From positions 1,116,001 to 1,180,000 of the forward strand of contig OX597827.1 of assembly GCA_951406725.2 (NCBI GenBank): a DNA stretch of 64,000 nt, read 5' to 3'. Each line of letters starts with the position of its first letter. Position 1 is the first letter of the stretch. The position numbers were made by a program, and so were the translations under genes. Below the pieces are notes generated by a model. That model ran no database searches, had not been told where the DNA came from, and worked only from the letters and a program-made list of their open reading frames with translations. The stretch comes from Octopus vulgaris (lineage: Eukaryota). Below are positions 27,308-40,751 of this stretch, in pieces.

Positions 27308-28267
27308 ATGCATGTAACTCTCAATAAATGTTTTGAGTGCCATTTTTATCATTTGTCTACTGACTTGTATATATATATATATATACCATCAGTGGTGGCT
27401 GTCCATTGTTGGTCAAACTTGTGGACAGTAAGTAGTAAGGCAGTTGGCATCATTCTTCCCATCAGACTGCATCTCTGGGCCTCTACACCATATGCCAGGT
27501 GGTTACAAAGAAAGCAACAAGCATGGTCAACGATGAGGCTGCCCTGCCCAAGCAGCTCATTTGCTTGTTGACGTCCAACTGTTGTCTAATGGAACAGATC
27601 TTCCACTTGTCTGTAATAAACCCCAAGCCACTGATCTAGAACCCCTATCCTGAAAATTTGATATCAGTACTATCAGGGTCTATAAGGTGGTGAAATGGCA
27701 GAATTGTTAGCACACCCAGCAAAATGCTTGGTGGATTTTCAGCTGTTTTTACATTCTGAGTTCTGATTCCATTGAGGTTAACTTTCATCCTTCCAAGTTC
27801 GATAAGATAATTACCAGTTCAGCACTGGGGTCGATGTAATCAATGTACCTTCTCCCCCAAAACTACTGGCTTTGTGCCATGGATTGAAATCAATATTGTC
27901 AGGGCCTATGGATAATTTCCAAAAATTATAGTGATTATTTTGTTTAGTATTTGTGTTTGGATTACAGATCAGCCTCAAATGAATTGTCCAAAAGAATAGC
28001 AACAACAAGGTGGGCCTCTATAGGTTCACTTGATCTGCAAGAAATAGCAACCAAATCTCTACTAAATTAAATACCATTGCCTTGAAAAATCAGGTACCAG
28101 CTGGATGAGGTAGTCCTAGATACACTGTTTGAAAGAGTGACAGCAATAGAACCACCACCACCAATGCAAGAACAATGCCATTGCCAACTTAAACACTTAT
28201 TTTATTAGATGTTACCTGAAATGGTCAAAGATGGGGAGTGGGGAGAGAGGAGGGGAGATGGAGATAG

Positions 28268-28341
<74 letters not shown>

Positions 28342-28594
28342 GCATTTCACAGCTGCAGATTACAAACAAAGAACACACACACACACACATGCATCAAATT
28401 AAGACTGTTTCCCATTCTATTTAGTGGTGAATTCATTACAAGAAAGAAGGAAGAAGTGTCCTAGCAACAGCATTTTATTAATCAAAACCATAACACTTCA
28501 CTACAAACCTCCATTTAACCAACCAAACTCGTCCGTGCAAAGAGAGAACTTTTGTAGCTTATGAGTACTGACATACAAACTTTCCTTATAGACA

Positions 28595-28821
28595 TAACCC
28601 TTTAGCATTTTAACCAGCCATATCTGGCCCAAATATTCTACCTGGTTTATGTTTAAACTAGCCAGATCCTGTCTTTCACGCTTACCCTATAATGTTATTC
28701 TAAAAATAAACAAAACACATTATCGAAATTTCAAAGCAACGAGATAATTCATGATTAATTCAAAATAATGTAAATAAAAGGGTCTTACATTTAACAGAAT
28801 AATCTGAATGCTAAAGGGTTA
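28595..28821. mobile_element. piggyBac-like MITE
   Basis: TIRs taaccctttagcatt / aatgctaaagggtta; related copy 63649-63856 is flanked by TTAA. Confidence 0.8.
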
Positions 28822-28876
28822 GAAAAAACCCACACAAAGAAAAGAAAATCAAAGCTCAAAATGGATTATTACTTAC

Positions 28877-31312
28877 TGGATGTGTCCCCTCTGTTGTAGC
28901 TTGACAGTGTATTCCAGAGGCAGAGACTTTCCTTGATTCCAGACTTGAGTCAAGCCCAGAGTGTGAATCAGCACAAAAGTCTGACATGTGAGCTTTTTCA
29001 TACTTTCCTAGATCTGGTACAGCCACTGGAGTTCCGCTTTGAGAGGTCATCTCGTCTGTGTAAAATTTTAGTTGTCTGCTTTCATCCACAAATTCACTGG
29101 TGTTAGCAAAGTGTGCCGCCCTCTGGTTATTTCTGCGTACTATGCACATGGTAATTGAGACAACAATTGCAATGGACACAATGAGGATGGCCACTAGTAT
29201 TATAATAAACAAATTGATGTGGATTTTTTTGTCTGATTTCGAATAAACAGTAGTCATTAATTTTGTTGTTTTATTGCTCACTGTTAGCATCAAAGACATT
29301 GTAGTCTTGGCAGAAAGCACTGGTGTTCCACTGTCTTTGACAACAAACTGGAGCTCATAGGAGCCGGCATCATTTTGATAAACAGTACGTGAAAATGATA
29401 GAACACCACTGTAAGGATTAACTGTAAAAAGCTGCTTATCGTTGCCACTTAGAATTTCGTATTTGAGAAAGGCATTCTCATAACTATCCCTATCTGATGC
29501 TTTCAGAACTGTGATATCATTCTTGCTTTGTGGATGGTAGTGGACATCTAAACTGAAAGGGTTAACACTAGGAAAGCTGAAATATGGTGCGTTGTCATTC
29601 TCATCCATCACTTCAACAATCACATTAGCTGTGTTGTTAAGGGACGGCGTACCATTGTCTTTTACTAAAACTTTAAATTCATAAACATCCTGTTGTTCTC
29701 GATCTAATGATTCAGTAGTTAGAATAAATCCGAAATCCGAAATTTGGAAAGGAAATAAATGGTTTTTGCTTTGCTCTAGATAAAAACTCAATTGACCTCC
29801 CAAGCCTTCATCTTGGTCTGTTGCATTGATAAAACCAACTGGGAAATTTATTTTCTCATTTTCATAGGTCAGAAATCTAAAAGTGTCCTTCGTAAACTGT
29901 GGTCGTACATCATTGACATCCATCACTTGCACAGAGAAAGAATTTTCTGTGTGTAGGGGAGGGGAGCCTTTATCTCGGCAAGTAATGGTAAAATCAATAG
30001 AATGTTCGCGTTCTCTGTCGACAAGATTTTTTATGACTACTTTGTATTTATTTCTTCCTAAGCTCTGAAGCTGGACTTTATCATGGTAAAGGTCACAGCT
30101 GACCTCACCGTTCTGTCCACTGTCATTATCAGTAACTTTTACATAGGCAATGAAACTGCCAATTTTGATTCCTTCAGAAATGGTAACTGTGTCTCCAGTG
30201 GATTCTGAAAAGAAGTTAACTTCCACCGAGGGAGCATTGTTATGTTGGTTGATGATATTTATCAAAACAATTGCGGTCGAACTGAGCGGTGGACTGCCAT
30301 TATCACTTGCTTCAATAAACAGTTTATATGTCCGTCTTTTTTCCAAACTAAATTTATTGTTTAGAAATATCTCGCCTGTTCTTGGATCGAGCCGAAAATA
30401 AGTCTTTGTCAAATTTGATGTTTTCGAATTAATGTGGAATAAAAATTTACCATTTTTACCAGAATCAAGGTCTGTTGCAGACATAGTAACAAGTGGTGTA
30501 TCAAAGTGATGTGTATTTTCAAGAGAGACATTATAAATATTCTTTGAGAAGACGGGAGGGTTATCATTAAGATCAGCTACGTTTATATGAATATCCAAAA
30601 AACCTTGCCTTGAAGGAGAGCCTCCGTCTCTTGCTTTAACTCTCAAGTTATATTTGTCTTTTACTTCTCTGTCTAGACTTACATCTAAAACAATTCCTAA
30701 TTTGGCAGTGCCATCAACTGTTTTGGTAACAGATAATTTAAATGGATCATCAACATTTCTTTCCAGCATGTATGTAATTTGTGAATTCAGAATGCCGACA
30801 TCTCTGTCAATGGCATTTGGTATAAACTTGACCATTCCCTTCTTATCTCCTTCGTCAAACTGGAGGGTTATGTTTTTAACAGGAAACTCAGGCTGATGGT
30901 CATTAATATCATTTATAATAACTTTCACTTCCAATATCTTAATAAATGAATCCATATTTTGCACAGCAACATCGACGATTCTATAGCATTCACTGTTATA
31001 TTTACATAATGTCTCAGCATCTAGAGTTTGGGCAGTATACAGCTCACCACTCTTAGACACATTAAACATTTCAGTACTCCGACCTTTGCCTTTCTTTAAA
31101 TTACTGAACGTAACCATTTTATAGTCAAGAAGATGTGTGTCAGCTGCAATGTTTCCGATGTAAGTGCCGGGCAGTTTTTGTTCATCCACATGGTAGGTAA
31201 CATCCAAACACTGGGCACCAATAAATATAAAAATTAGCAGCCACAAGTTAACGAGCTTGCTGTTATTATTGCACAGGAACGCCAACAAAGAAATATGCAG
31301 AGAACACTCCAT
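28877..31312 (-). CDS. Protocadherin, large first coding exon (812 codons; 818 aa if read through the donor to TGA at 28856)
   Basis: Hydrophobic signal peptide ending GAQC. Six cadherin repeats with Ca-binding motifs (DINDHQPEF, DLNDNPPVF, DVNDVRPQF, DENDNAPYF; LDRE/VDRE; AxDxG-type motifs). EC1 C-x5-C (LCKYNSEC) typical of protocadherins. TM INLFIIILVAILIVSIAIVVSITMCIV. Acceptor ttttttctttctaatttcag 3 nt before the ATG (exon starts 31315) and donor CCA|GTAAGT at 28877/28876. Confidence 0.96.
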
Positions 31313-31482
31313 TATCTGAAATTAGAAAGAAAAAATATATATATACATCTATATTCATATAAAAATATACACCAACACATACATATGAGTTGGTATATAT
31401 ATATATTCATATAAAAATACACACACACACATGTATATACATATATATTCATTACACACACGTGTTTATAAAACAAGAGTAG

Positions 31483-32048
31483 CTATATGATAAGAAAGTA
31501 GCTTCCCAATCTCATTGTTCAGTATTCAGTTCCACTGCTTGGCACCTTGTCCCCTGCTTGACAACCAGTGTTGGTGTGTTTACATCTCTGCAACTCAGTG
31601 ATTTGGCAAAAGAGACTGAAGGAATAAGTTGTTTGTTCCTTCTCAAGCCATGTTTGGTTCATAAGGGCTGGTTTCCCAGTTTCTTTGGCATATAGGTTCT
31701 CCACCTGGATGAGATACCGGTCCATCGCAGGTGAGCTTCTAGATGCAGAAGGAAAGAGTGAGAGAAAGTCGTGGTGAAAGAGTCAGCAGAGGTTTGCCAT
31801 TACCTTCTGCCGGAGCCACTTGGAGTTTAGGTGTTTTGCTCATAAACACACACATCATCCGGTCTGAGATTCGAACCCACAATCCCTCGACTGCAAGTCT
31901 GCTGCTCTAACCACTAGGCCATGTGCCTCAATGAGAGAATAAGTACTAGGCTAAAAAAAAAAGTACTGAGGTTGATTCCTTCAACTAAAATTCTTCAAGG
32001 TAGTACCTCAGTATGGCTGAAGTCTAATGACTGACACAAATAAAAGAG
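31483..32048 (+). mobile_element. SINE family A (+) interrupted by SINE family C (-, 31629-31929)
   Basis: Head at 31483, nested insert similar to 41018-41320, tail resumes at ~31935. Confidence 0.75.
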
Positions 32049-32159
32049 AATATAATATTACAAAAACTCCATAATGGTTTTTAATTTAGGTAAAAAGCCA
32101 GTATTTTTGAAGGATGGGTTAGCTGACTACAACATCCTCAGTACTCGTCTAGTTATTTT

Positions 32160-32860
32160 AGAATGGAAAGCAAAGTTGCACTCCCAAACAGTTGAAGGAA
32201 TCTGGGGTAGAGGTAGACCCAGGAAGACATGGGGTGAGGTCGTCAAGCATGACCTTCGAATGTTGGGACTCACAGAGGCAATATCAAAAGACCAAGACCT
32301 CTGGAGATATGCTGTGACTGAGAAGACCTGACAAATAAAGTGAGTTCCTGGCTGTGTCCTACACCAGCTTCACATAACCAGCCCCAGCGCCAGCCCATTC
32401 AAAGTACCTTGGATCACAGAGGGGCCTGCTGTGCTTACCTTGGATTGTAGGGCAACCTGCCGTGCTTGAGAAGACCTATTTAGTCAAGGACATCAACATC
32501 AAAATAAAAATCAAATGGAAATTGTAGTTGTGATATCTGTGCCAGTGGCATGTAAAAGGCACCATCCAAATGTGGCCGATGCCAGTGCCGCCTTGAGTGG
32601 CTTCAGTACTGGTGGCACGTAAAAAGCACCAACCAATTGTGGCTGTTGCCAGCCTCCTATAGCCCCTGTGCCGATGGCACGTAAAAAGCACCCACTACAC
32701 TCGCAAGGTGGCTGGCATTAGGAAGGGCATCCAGCTGTAGAAACATTGCCAGATCGGACTGAAGCCTGGTGCAGCCTCCTGGCTTCCCAGACCCCGGTCA
32801 AACCGTCCAACCCATGCCAGCATGGTAAACAGACGTTAAACGATGATGATGATGATGATG
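32160..32860 (+). mobile_element. 5'-truncated RTE LINE (ORF2 end, 3'UTR, (GAT)n tail)
   Basis: VEGIWGRGRPRKTWGEVVKHDLRMLGLTEA...LWRYAV, then repeated tggcacgtaaaaagcacc units and a gatgatgat tail. Confidence 0.88.
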
Positions 32861-33511
32861 AATGTAAAGAGTTAGAATAAATATTGAAGAAGGGTTAGTC
32901 AATTACAACAACTCCAGTACTCAACTGGTACTTATTTCCTTGACCCCCCCCCCCCACTCCAAAGAATGACAGGCAAAGTCAACTTTGACCTCAGAATGTA
33001 AAGATGGATAAAACACGACTAAGCATTTTACCTGACATGCTAACAATTTTGCTAGCTTGTTGCCTTATGTTAGAAGAAATATTGCAAGGCATCTCATTCT
33101 ACCGTTTAACAATTCTGCAAATCCATTGCCATAACAATAATGGTTTCTGATTTAAGCACAAGAGCGGCATTTTTGAGGGGAAGGGGTTAGTTGATTACAT
33201 CAGCCCTAGTATTTGACTGGTACTTTGTTTTATTGAACCCCAACCAAAAGAATGAAAGACAAAGCTGATTTTGGCAGGATTTAGTTAGTTAATTTTTTGG
33301 CTCAAAAAGCAAAAATGCAGAATCTAAACCATCAGAAAAAAAAAAACCCCAGAAATAGGTGCCGGTGTGGCTGTGTGGTAAGAAGCTTGCTTCTCAACCA
33401 TATGGTTTATATATACCCACTGCATGGCACCTTGGACAAGTGTCTTCTGCTATAGCCTTGGGCCAACCAAAGCCTTGTGAGTGGATTTGGTAGACAGACA
33501 CTGAAAGAAGC

Positions 33512-33547
<36 letters not shown>

Positions 33548-33713
33548 CATACATATATACATGTATGTGTATGTGTGTGTCTGTCTGTTGCCTCACCATC
33601 ACTTTACAACTGAAGCTGGTGTGTTTTCCTATGTGAGTCTTGAAATTGCACGAGATTCTTCATCCAGATTTCTTCGTTTCTTTGAGTCCCACAAGCACTT
33701 CTCTTATGAGACA

Positions 33714-34050
33714 TTATTACCTCCGAGGTATTGTTTTCAATTGTGTTTGTTTGTTTGTGGACAAGATATCTCAAGAACTGCTGGATGGATTTGGATGAAA
33801 CATTCAGGGATGTTTGGCCTCATGACTGGCATGAACTGATTAGATTTTGGGATTGATATGGTACCAGACAAGGATTTCAGTTTTTCACTTAATTTTTGAG
33901 AGCGATTGGGTTCATTTTTAGTATTCTTGCTTGTGAGAGCAGTCGAATTTATTTAAGATATTCTCATTTTAAAAATCATTTCTGGATAATCATTAGGAGG
34001 ACGTTGGTTTTGCCTTGGTGGAGGTTTGTGCTCTCTGAGTGCTCTTGTTT
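33714..34050 (+). mobile_element. Helentron-associated element (HINE/DINE-1-like)
   Basis: 5' ttattacctccg subTIR, (tttg)n, 3' tggaggt subTIR followed by short palindrome gtgctctctgagtgc and a T-run. Confidence 0.7.
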
Positions 34051-34422
34051 TAGATACTCTTGTTGGATAAGCCTGCTATTTTGAAAAACAGTTAATATAG
34101 CCAGAGTTTTTAATGTCACAGAAATAAAAAGGAGAGGAAGGGGATATTTCCTAAAGTAGGGCCTGAGTGGTAACGATTTAAAAACTCTAAGCTTGAAAGC
34201 AGAAATTAATATACACTGTTTCTGCATTGCATTAAGTTCGCACACCAAGTTTGGTAAAAGCTTGAGTGGACATTGTGAACCCCACAAGAATTTTGCATGA
34301 TTTGGGTCAAAAATGTTGATCAGTTTCTTCAGTTTTTGGGGGTGATGTTTTTTTTAAAAAACCTTAAAATAAAGATTATTTTTCTTGTTTACTTTCAAAA
34401 AATCAAGAAGTCATAACCTAAT

Positions 34423-34814
34423 ACTCTTTTACACTTTTACTTGTTTCAGTCGTTTGACTGTGGACATGCTGGGGCACCACCTTTAGTCGAGCAAATCGAC
34501 CCCAAGACTTATTCTTTGTAAGCCTAGTACTAATTCTATCGGTCTCTTTTGCCAAACCACTAAGTTACGGGGACATAAACACACCACAAGCGATGTTGGG
34601 GGGACAAACACAGACACACAAACACACACACGTATATATATACTTATATCCGATGGGCTTCTTTCAGTTTCCGTCTACCAAATCCACTCAGAAAGCTTTG
34701 GTTGGCCCGAGGCTATAACAGAAGACACTTGCTCAAGGTGCCACGTAGTGGGACTGAATCCGGAACCATGTGGTTGGTAAGCAAGCTACTTACCACACAG
34801 CCACTCCTGTGCCT
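34423..34814 (-). mobile_element. SINE family A, full length
   Basis: Complete match to the family pattern; inverted relative to the + copy at 33356-33625. Confidence 0.9.
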
Positions 34815-35103
34815 AATATATATCTCTCATACTTTGAATATAAGAATTGTAATGAATTTTCTAATGGTTGATATTTTTAAAAACACAATATTTTTTTGCA
34901 ACAAATTAAATTTTGAAGTCTGAACATGTTTCAAAGTATTCATAAATATTTTTGCTTTGATATTCTTATACTTCTTCCCTGTTTCAATAGGTTGAATAGA
35001 ATGACATAAAATGATACTCAGAGTAACAATCCAAGATGCTTCAACCTCTAACTTATAAATAAAAAATATATACATAAATATATATATATATATACATACA
35101 TAC

Positions 35104-35200
<97 letters not shown>

Positions 35201-35292
35201 CTTATATATATATGCACCCCACCTATTCTTTTATTCTTTTATATGTTTCAGTCCAAAGGCCGTTGCCATGCTGGACCATTGAAGCATTGCCA

Positions 35293-35334
<42 letters not shown>

Positions 35335-36589
35335 TGTATACATACATACGCACACACATACACACATGTACATATGTGTATTTGTGTAATATATATCTTA
35401 TATATATGTACATATATATATGTATATATATATGTGTGTGTGTGTGTGTGTTTGAGTGTAAATATATATAGAACCATATATGTATACGTACACACTCAGA
35501 AACCCCCCACCCACAAACACATATCAATATCCTCTTCATTTTTATTTGTTTCTTTATCACTTCATTCCTTTCATTTCTTCCATTTCGTTTTTTCGTATAA
35601 TTCACAAATTCTTCTAATTTTTTTTTTCTTTGAAAATTTATTTTCATTCTTTCCAAGTTTATCATCTCTGTTCCTCTGTTCTTGATAATTATGTTAGTTT
35701 CTGTGTGTGTGTGTGTGTGTGCATGTAAATTGATATGTATGTGTGTACATGCATTTATATACAGACATACATATATAGTCCAAACATACACCCATTTGTG
35801 ACCATGTGTGTGTGAATACTATTATGTATATGTATGTTGTTAATGGCTATTTGCTTGTGTATTTATTTGAACATGTGTGTCTATGCACATGTATGTGCGT
35901 GAGTGTGTGTGTGTGTGTGGGGGGGCTCAAACATGTTTGCTCTAAGTAAGCGATCCATCGTTGGAGGATGATTGTAAAATGTTCAAACCGCTTGATGAAT
36001 CTGTCATGTCAGATAGCAGCCATGATGAATGTCACAGTGCAACATAGATAAGAAACCTATATTTCATTTGCATACACACACACACACACACATAACAAAT
36101 GCACTCACATACAACACATGATTCAATTTGTGTTGTTCTTGCACATATACTATACATACATATTACATATATATATGTATATATGTGAGTGTATTTGCAT
36201 ATATATATAAAGGTATATATGTAACCATGTATGTATATAAATTCATGACTAATTATATATATATGTGTGTGTGTATATATGTATGTATGCTTCATAAAAA
36301 ATAGAAAATTTTGTCCTATTTTACATATGTATTTTTAAATTTAGGTTTTTTATCGTAACTAATTATTTTTTTATATCTTTTAGCTGTCTTTTTAAATAAA
36401 AGTTGTTTTTTTTAAATTCTATCTCTTTATTTATTTCTATGTTTGGTAATGTTTCTTGGCATGAGGAAATGGAAATTTTTCTTTAGGAGAAATATGCAAA
36501 TGAGCAACAACGTGTTCAGTCGTTGATGGATAGCATGAACAGTAAAAATATATAAACTAAACAAAATAGAATAAAATAAAACCTCGAAC

Positions 36590-36663
<74 letters not shown>

Positions 36664-37753
36664 GTGATAATGATAACAACAACAACAGAATAATATATCG
36701 CAAATAAATAAATGACTTCATAAAAAAAAAACAAAAAAAGAATTACATTTTTCATCTTAAATACATTCTTCTTATTAATTTTATTATCACTGTTATTATT
36801 TTTATCATCATCATGATCACAATCATCATCATCATTGTTGTCACCATCATTCTTACTATCAATTTTATTATTATTATTGCTGTTGCTGTTGTTGTTGTTC
36901 TTTCTTTTCTTTTTGCCCCCCCCCCCCACCATTCCTTCTCTGCCACAATTTTCCAATGATTTTTCATTAATTCTAAGATGGCTGTTGTTGCATACCAAGA
37001 CTGAATAAAAACTCCTCGGTAGCCATATTGCTGGTGCTAAAGCTTAGAATTGGCTACATCAATATTTTACATATATACATCAATGTCTATTGAAACTTTA
37101 CGTGTTACATTATTAAATATTACTTGATTCAACTGGTTTTATTATTACATGGCTGCAAGGCAGGGTGCAATGACTGCGTGGTTAGCAGAGTTAGCTAAGC
37201 AGTCACATGGCTCTAAGTTTGAGTTCCCCATGTGACAGTTTGAGCTGCAAGTGTTTCGTGCCTTACCTTGGGGTTTATCAAAACCTGGTGAGCAGAAATT
37301 AGTACATGAGCTTGTTGAGAATCTTGTCACACACACACACACACTCACGCACATATTCACATACATATAGTGACATTCCTTATGCTAAAAAAATAAAACT
37401 TGTTTTATTTAAGCAAAAAAATTATCAATATTATTTGAAGTCCATTTTTCATGCTGGCATGGGTTCGATGATTCCATAGGAGCTGGTAAGCATGGGGACT
37501 GCACCAAACGCCCAGATCTGCTTTGGCATAGATTTTACTGTTTGATGCCCTTCCAAACACCAATCACTTTACCAAACATATACAAATTTAATGCACTTTC
37601 AACCCTTTCTCAGTATTGTCATATATATAGCCAAAATTGCAAAGATAATCTGGAACTTGACTGAAGAAAGAAAATTCCAAATGACCCTTCCTTATTTTTT
37701 TGGATCATTTGTTTGGATGTTTTGCGTTCTTGTCCCATTTTTTGTATTCCTTT

Positions 37754-37807
<54 letters not shown>

Positions 37808-38012
37808 CATTGCTAGCTTTACATGATACTAACAGACCTATATATCATCTGTGAAATACATAAATCCAAAAGAAGAAGCAATAGATATTAAATATGAAGA
37901 AGGCCAGTTTATGGGATTGCCTAAGGTTTCCCATCTTTCCCCATTTTTAATATGATCTCAGTTAAATTGTCCAACCCATGCTAGCATGGAAAGCGGACGT
38001 TAAACAATGATG

Positions 38013-38047
<35 letters not shown>

Positions 38048-38351
38048 AAGGTGCATGGCTCAGGGGTTAGGGAGTTGCACTCATGTTTGTGAGAGCGTGG
38101 GTTTGATTCCCAGACCAGGCGTTGCATTGTGTTGTTGAGCAAAGCACTTCATTTCATGTTGCTCTGTGATCATTTTGACTTCTGACATGTGGCATCCAGT
38201 TGCACCTGTACAGGTAATGTCAATTTGATGGAGAGAGTGAGCTTATATTTATATAAACTTTTAATCACTATAAACAAATCATCTGTGTGATTGTTCGGTA
38301 AGAAATTGTCAAACCCTCATGTGTTGTCAAATATATATATATATATATATA

Positions 38352-38755
38352 TACTCTTTCTCTTTACTCTTTAACTTGTCATTTGACTGTGGCCATGCTG
38401 GAGCACCACCTTTAGTCGAGCAAATCGACCCCAGGACCTATACTTTGTAAGCCTAGTACTTATTCTATCAGTCTTTTTTGCTGAACTACTAAGTTACGGG
38501 GGCGTAAACACACCAACATCGGTGGTCAAGCGATGTTGGGGAGACAAACACAGATACACAGACATATACACACACATACATATATACATATATATGACAG
38601 GCTTCCTTCAGTTTCCGTCTACCAAATCTACTCACAAGGCTTTGGTCGGCCCAAGGCTATAGTAGAAGACACTTGCCCAAGGTGCCACACAGTGGGACTG
38701 AACCCAGAACCAAGTGGTTCGTAAGAAAGCTACTTATGACACAGCCACTCCTATG

Positions 38756-38794
<39 letters not shown>

Positions 38795-39909
38795 AAATGC
38801 ACAAGTGTATATGTGTTTTTGAGAACAATGTGTATTGGAAAACTGTGTAAAAACCAGCAGAAAATGATTGAGAGCTTGAGTTGGCAGAATCAATAAAAAA
38901 CCAGAGAGAATGTCTTGTAGTTATTTCTCTAGTTATATCTTTATATGTCTTGACTTAAATCCTGCTGGTGATCACTCTGCTTCTAATTCCTCCTGGGGCA
39001 AGAATATATATACTCTTATAAACACACACATTCAGACAAACCAGGTACACCTATGTAGATATATGTATACATTTATTCTTTTATATGTTTCAGTCATTTG
39101 ACTGCAGCCATGCTGGAGCACTACCTTTAGTTGACCAAATCGACACTGGGTTTATTCTTTGTAAGTCTAGTACTTATTGTATGGGACTCTTTTGCCGAAC
39201 CACTAAGTTACAGGAACATAAACACACCAACATCAGTTGTCAAGCGATGGTGGTGGTGGTGGTGGTGGTGGTGGGCAAACACAGATATACAAACATACAC
39301 ACACACACACATATATATATATACTATGGGCTTCTTTCAGCTTCCGTCTACCAAATCCACTCACAAGGCTTTGGTCGGTCCAAGGTGAGAGTAGAAGACA
39401 TTTGCCCTGGAACCATGTGGTTGGGAAGCAAGCTTCTTACCACACACCCACTCCTTCGACTATATATGTATATACATATATGAACATATGTACACTCACT
39501 TCATAGATAAATATTTCTACACTCACAGCCATGCATATCTTTTACTCTCTCTTATTTGTTTCAGTCAGTTGACAGTGGCCATGCTGGAGCACCACTTTTA
39601 GTCGAGCAAATCGATGCCACAACTTATTCTTTGTAAGCCTGGTACTTGTTCTATCGGTCTCTTTTGCCGAACCACTAAGTTATGGAGACATAAGCACACC
39701 ACCATCGGTTGTCAAGTGATGTTGGGGTGACAAACACAGCCACACAAACATATACACATGCATACATATATATTTGTACATATATACAACAGGCTTTGGT
39801 CAGCCCGAGGCTATAGTAGAAGACACTTGCCCATGGTGCCATGCAGTGGGAATGAACCCAGAACCATGTGGTTGGTAAGCAAGCTACTTAACACACAGCC
39901 ACACCTGCG

Positions 39910-39967
<58 letters not shown>

Positions 39968-40504
39968 CACACATGTATATATACATATATATATACATGC
40001 ATAGACAAACACTTTCTTGATTTATTTGGAAGCACAAGATACCCCCATTTATGTATGTGTAGGCAAATGTCCATATATGTCCACACATGCCATCATTATC
40101 AACATTTGATGTCTGCTTGTTCTGCTGGTGTGAATTGGACATTTTTATGTTCTCAGCCAGTTTATTCTTTTTTACATTACAATAATTTCCTACATGGTGT
40201 ACACATGCATGTGTATGTCTGCGTGTCCATGTATGTGTCACTGTGTGCATATGTGTGTCTGTGAGTGTGTGTGCATACATGTATCTTTTATTTTTTATCT
40301 TTCACTTGTTTCAGTCATTAGATTTTGGCCATGCTGGGGCACTCACTTGGATTTTTAGTCAAATGAATCGACCCCAGTAATTTTTTTTAAAGCCTGGTAC
40401 TTATTCTATCAGTCTCTTTTGCCAAACCACTAAGTTAGAGGGATGGAAACATATCAACACCAGTTGTCAAGTGGTGGTGGTGGAGTGGGACAAACCCCCC
40501 ACCA

Positions 40505-40547
<43 letters not shown>

Positions 40548-40751
40548 TATAGATATATATGCACATATATATTCATATATACATATACGACTGATTTCTT
40601 TCAGTTTGCATCTACCAAATCCACTCACAAGGCTTTAGTTGGCCTCAGGCTAGAGCAGAAGACACTTGCCCAAGGTGCTATGCAGTGGGACTCAACCTGG
40701 AACCATGTGGTTGGGAAGCAAGCTTCTTACCGTACAGCCATGCTTGCTCCT
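38352..40751 (-). mobile_element. Cluster of four co-oriented SINE A copies (38352-38758, 39073-39459, 39538-39912, 40285-40751)
   Basis: Each shows the cagtcatttgac...gagcaccac...aaccatgtggttgg pattern. Confidence 0.88.

Noticed and set aside
29883-30896. Plus-strand ORFs antisense to the protocadherin
   Set aside because: Short shadow ORFs of the real coding strand.
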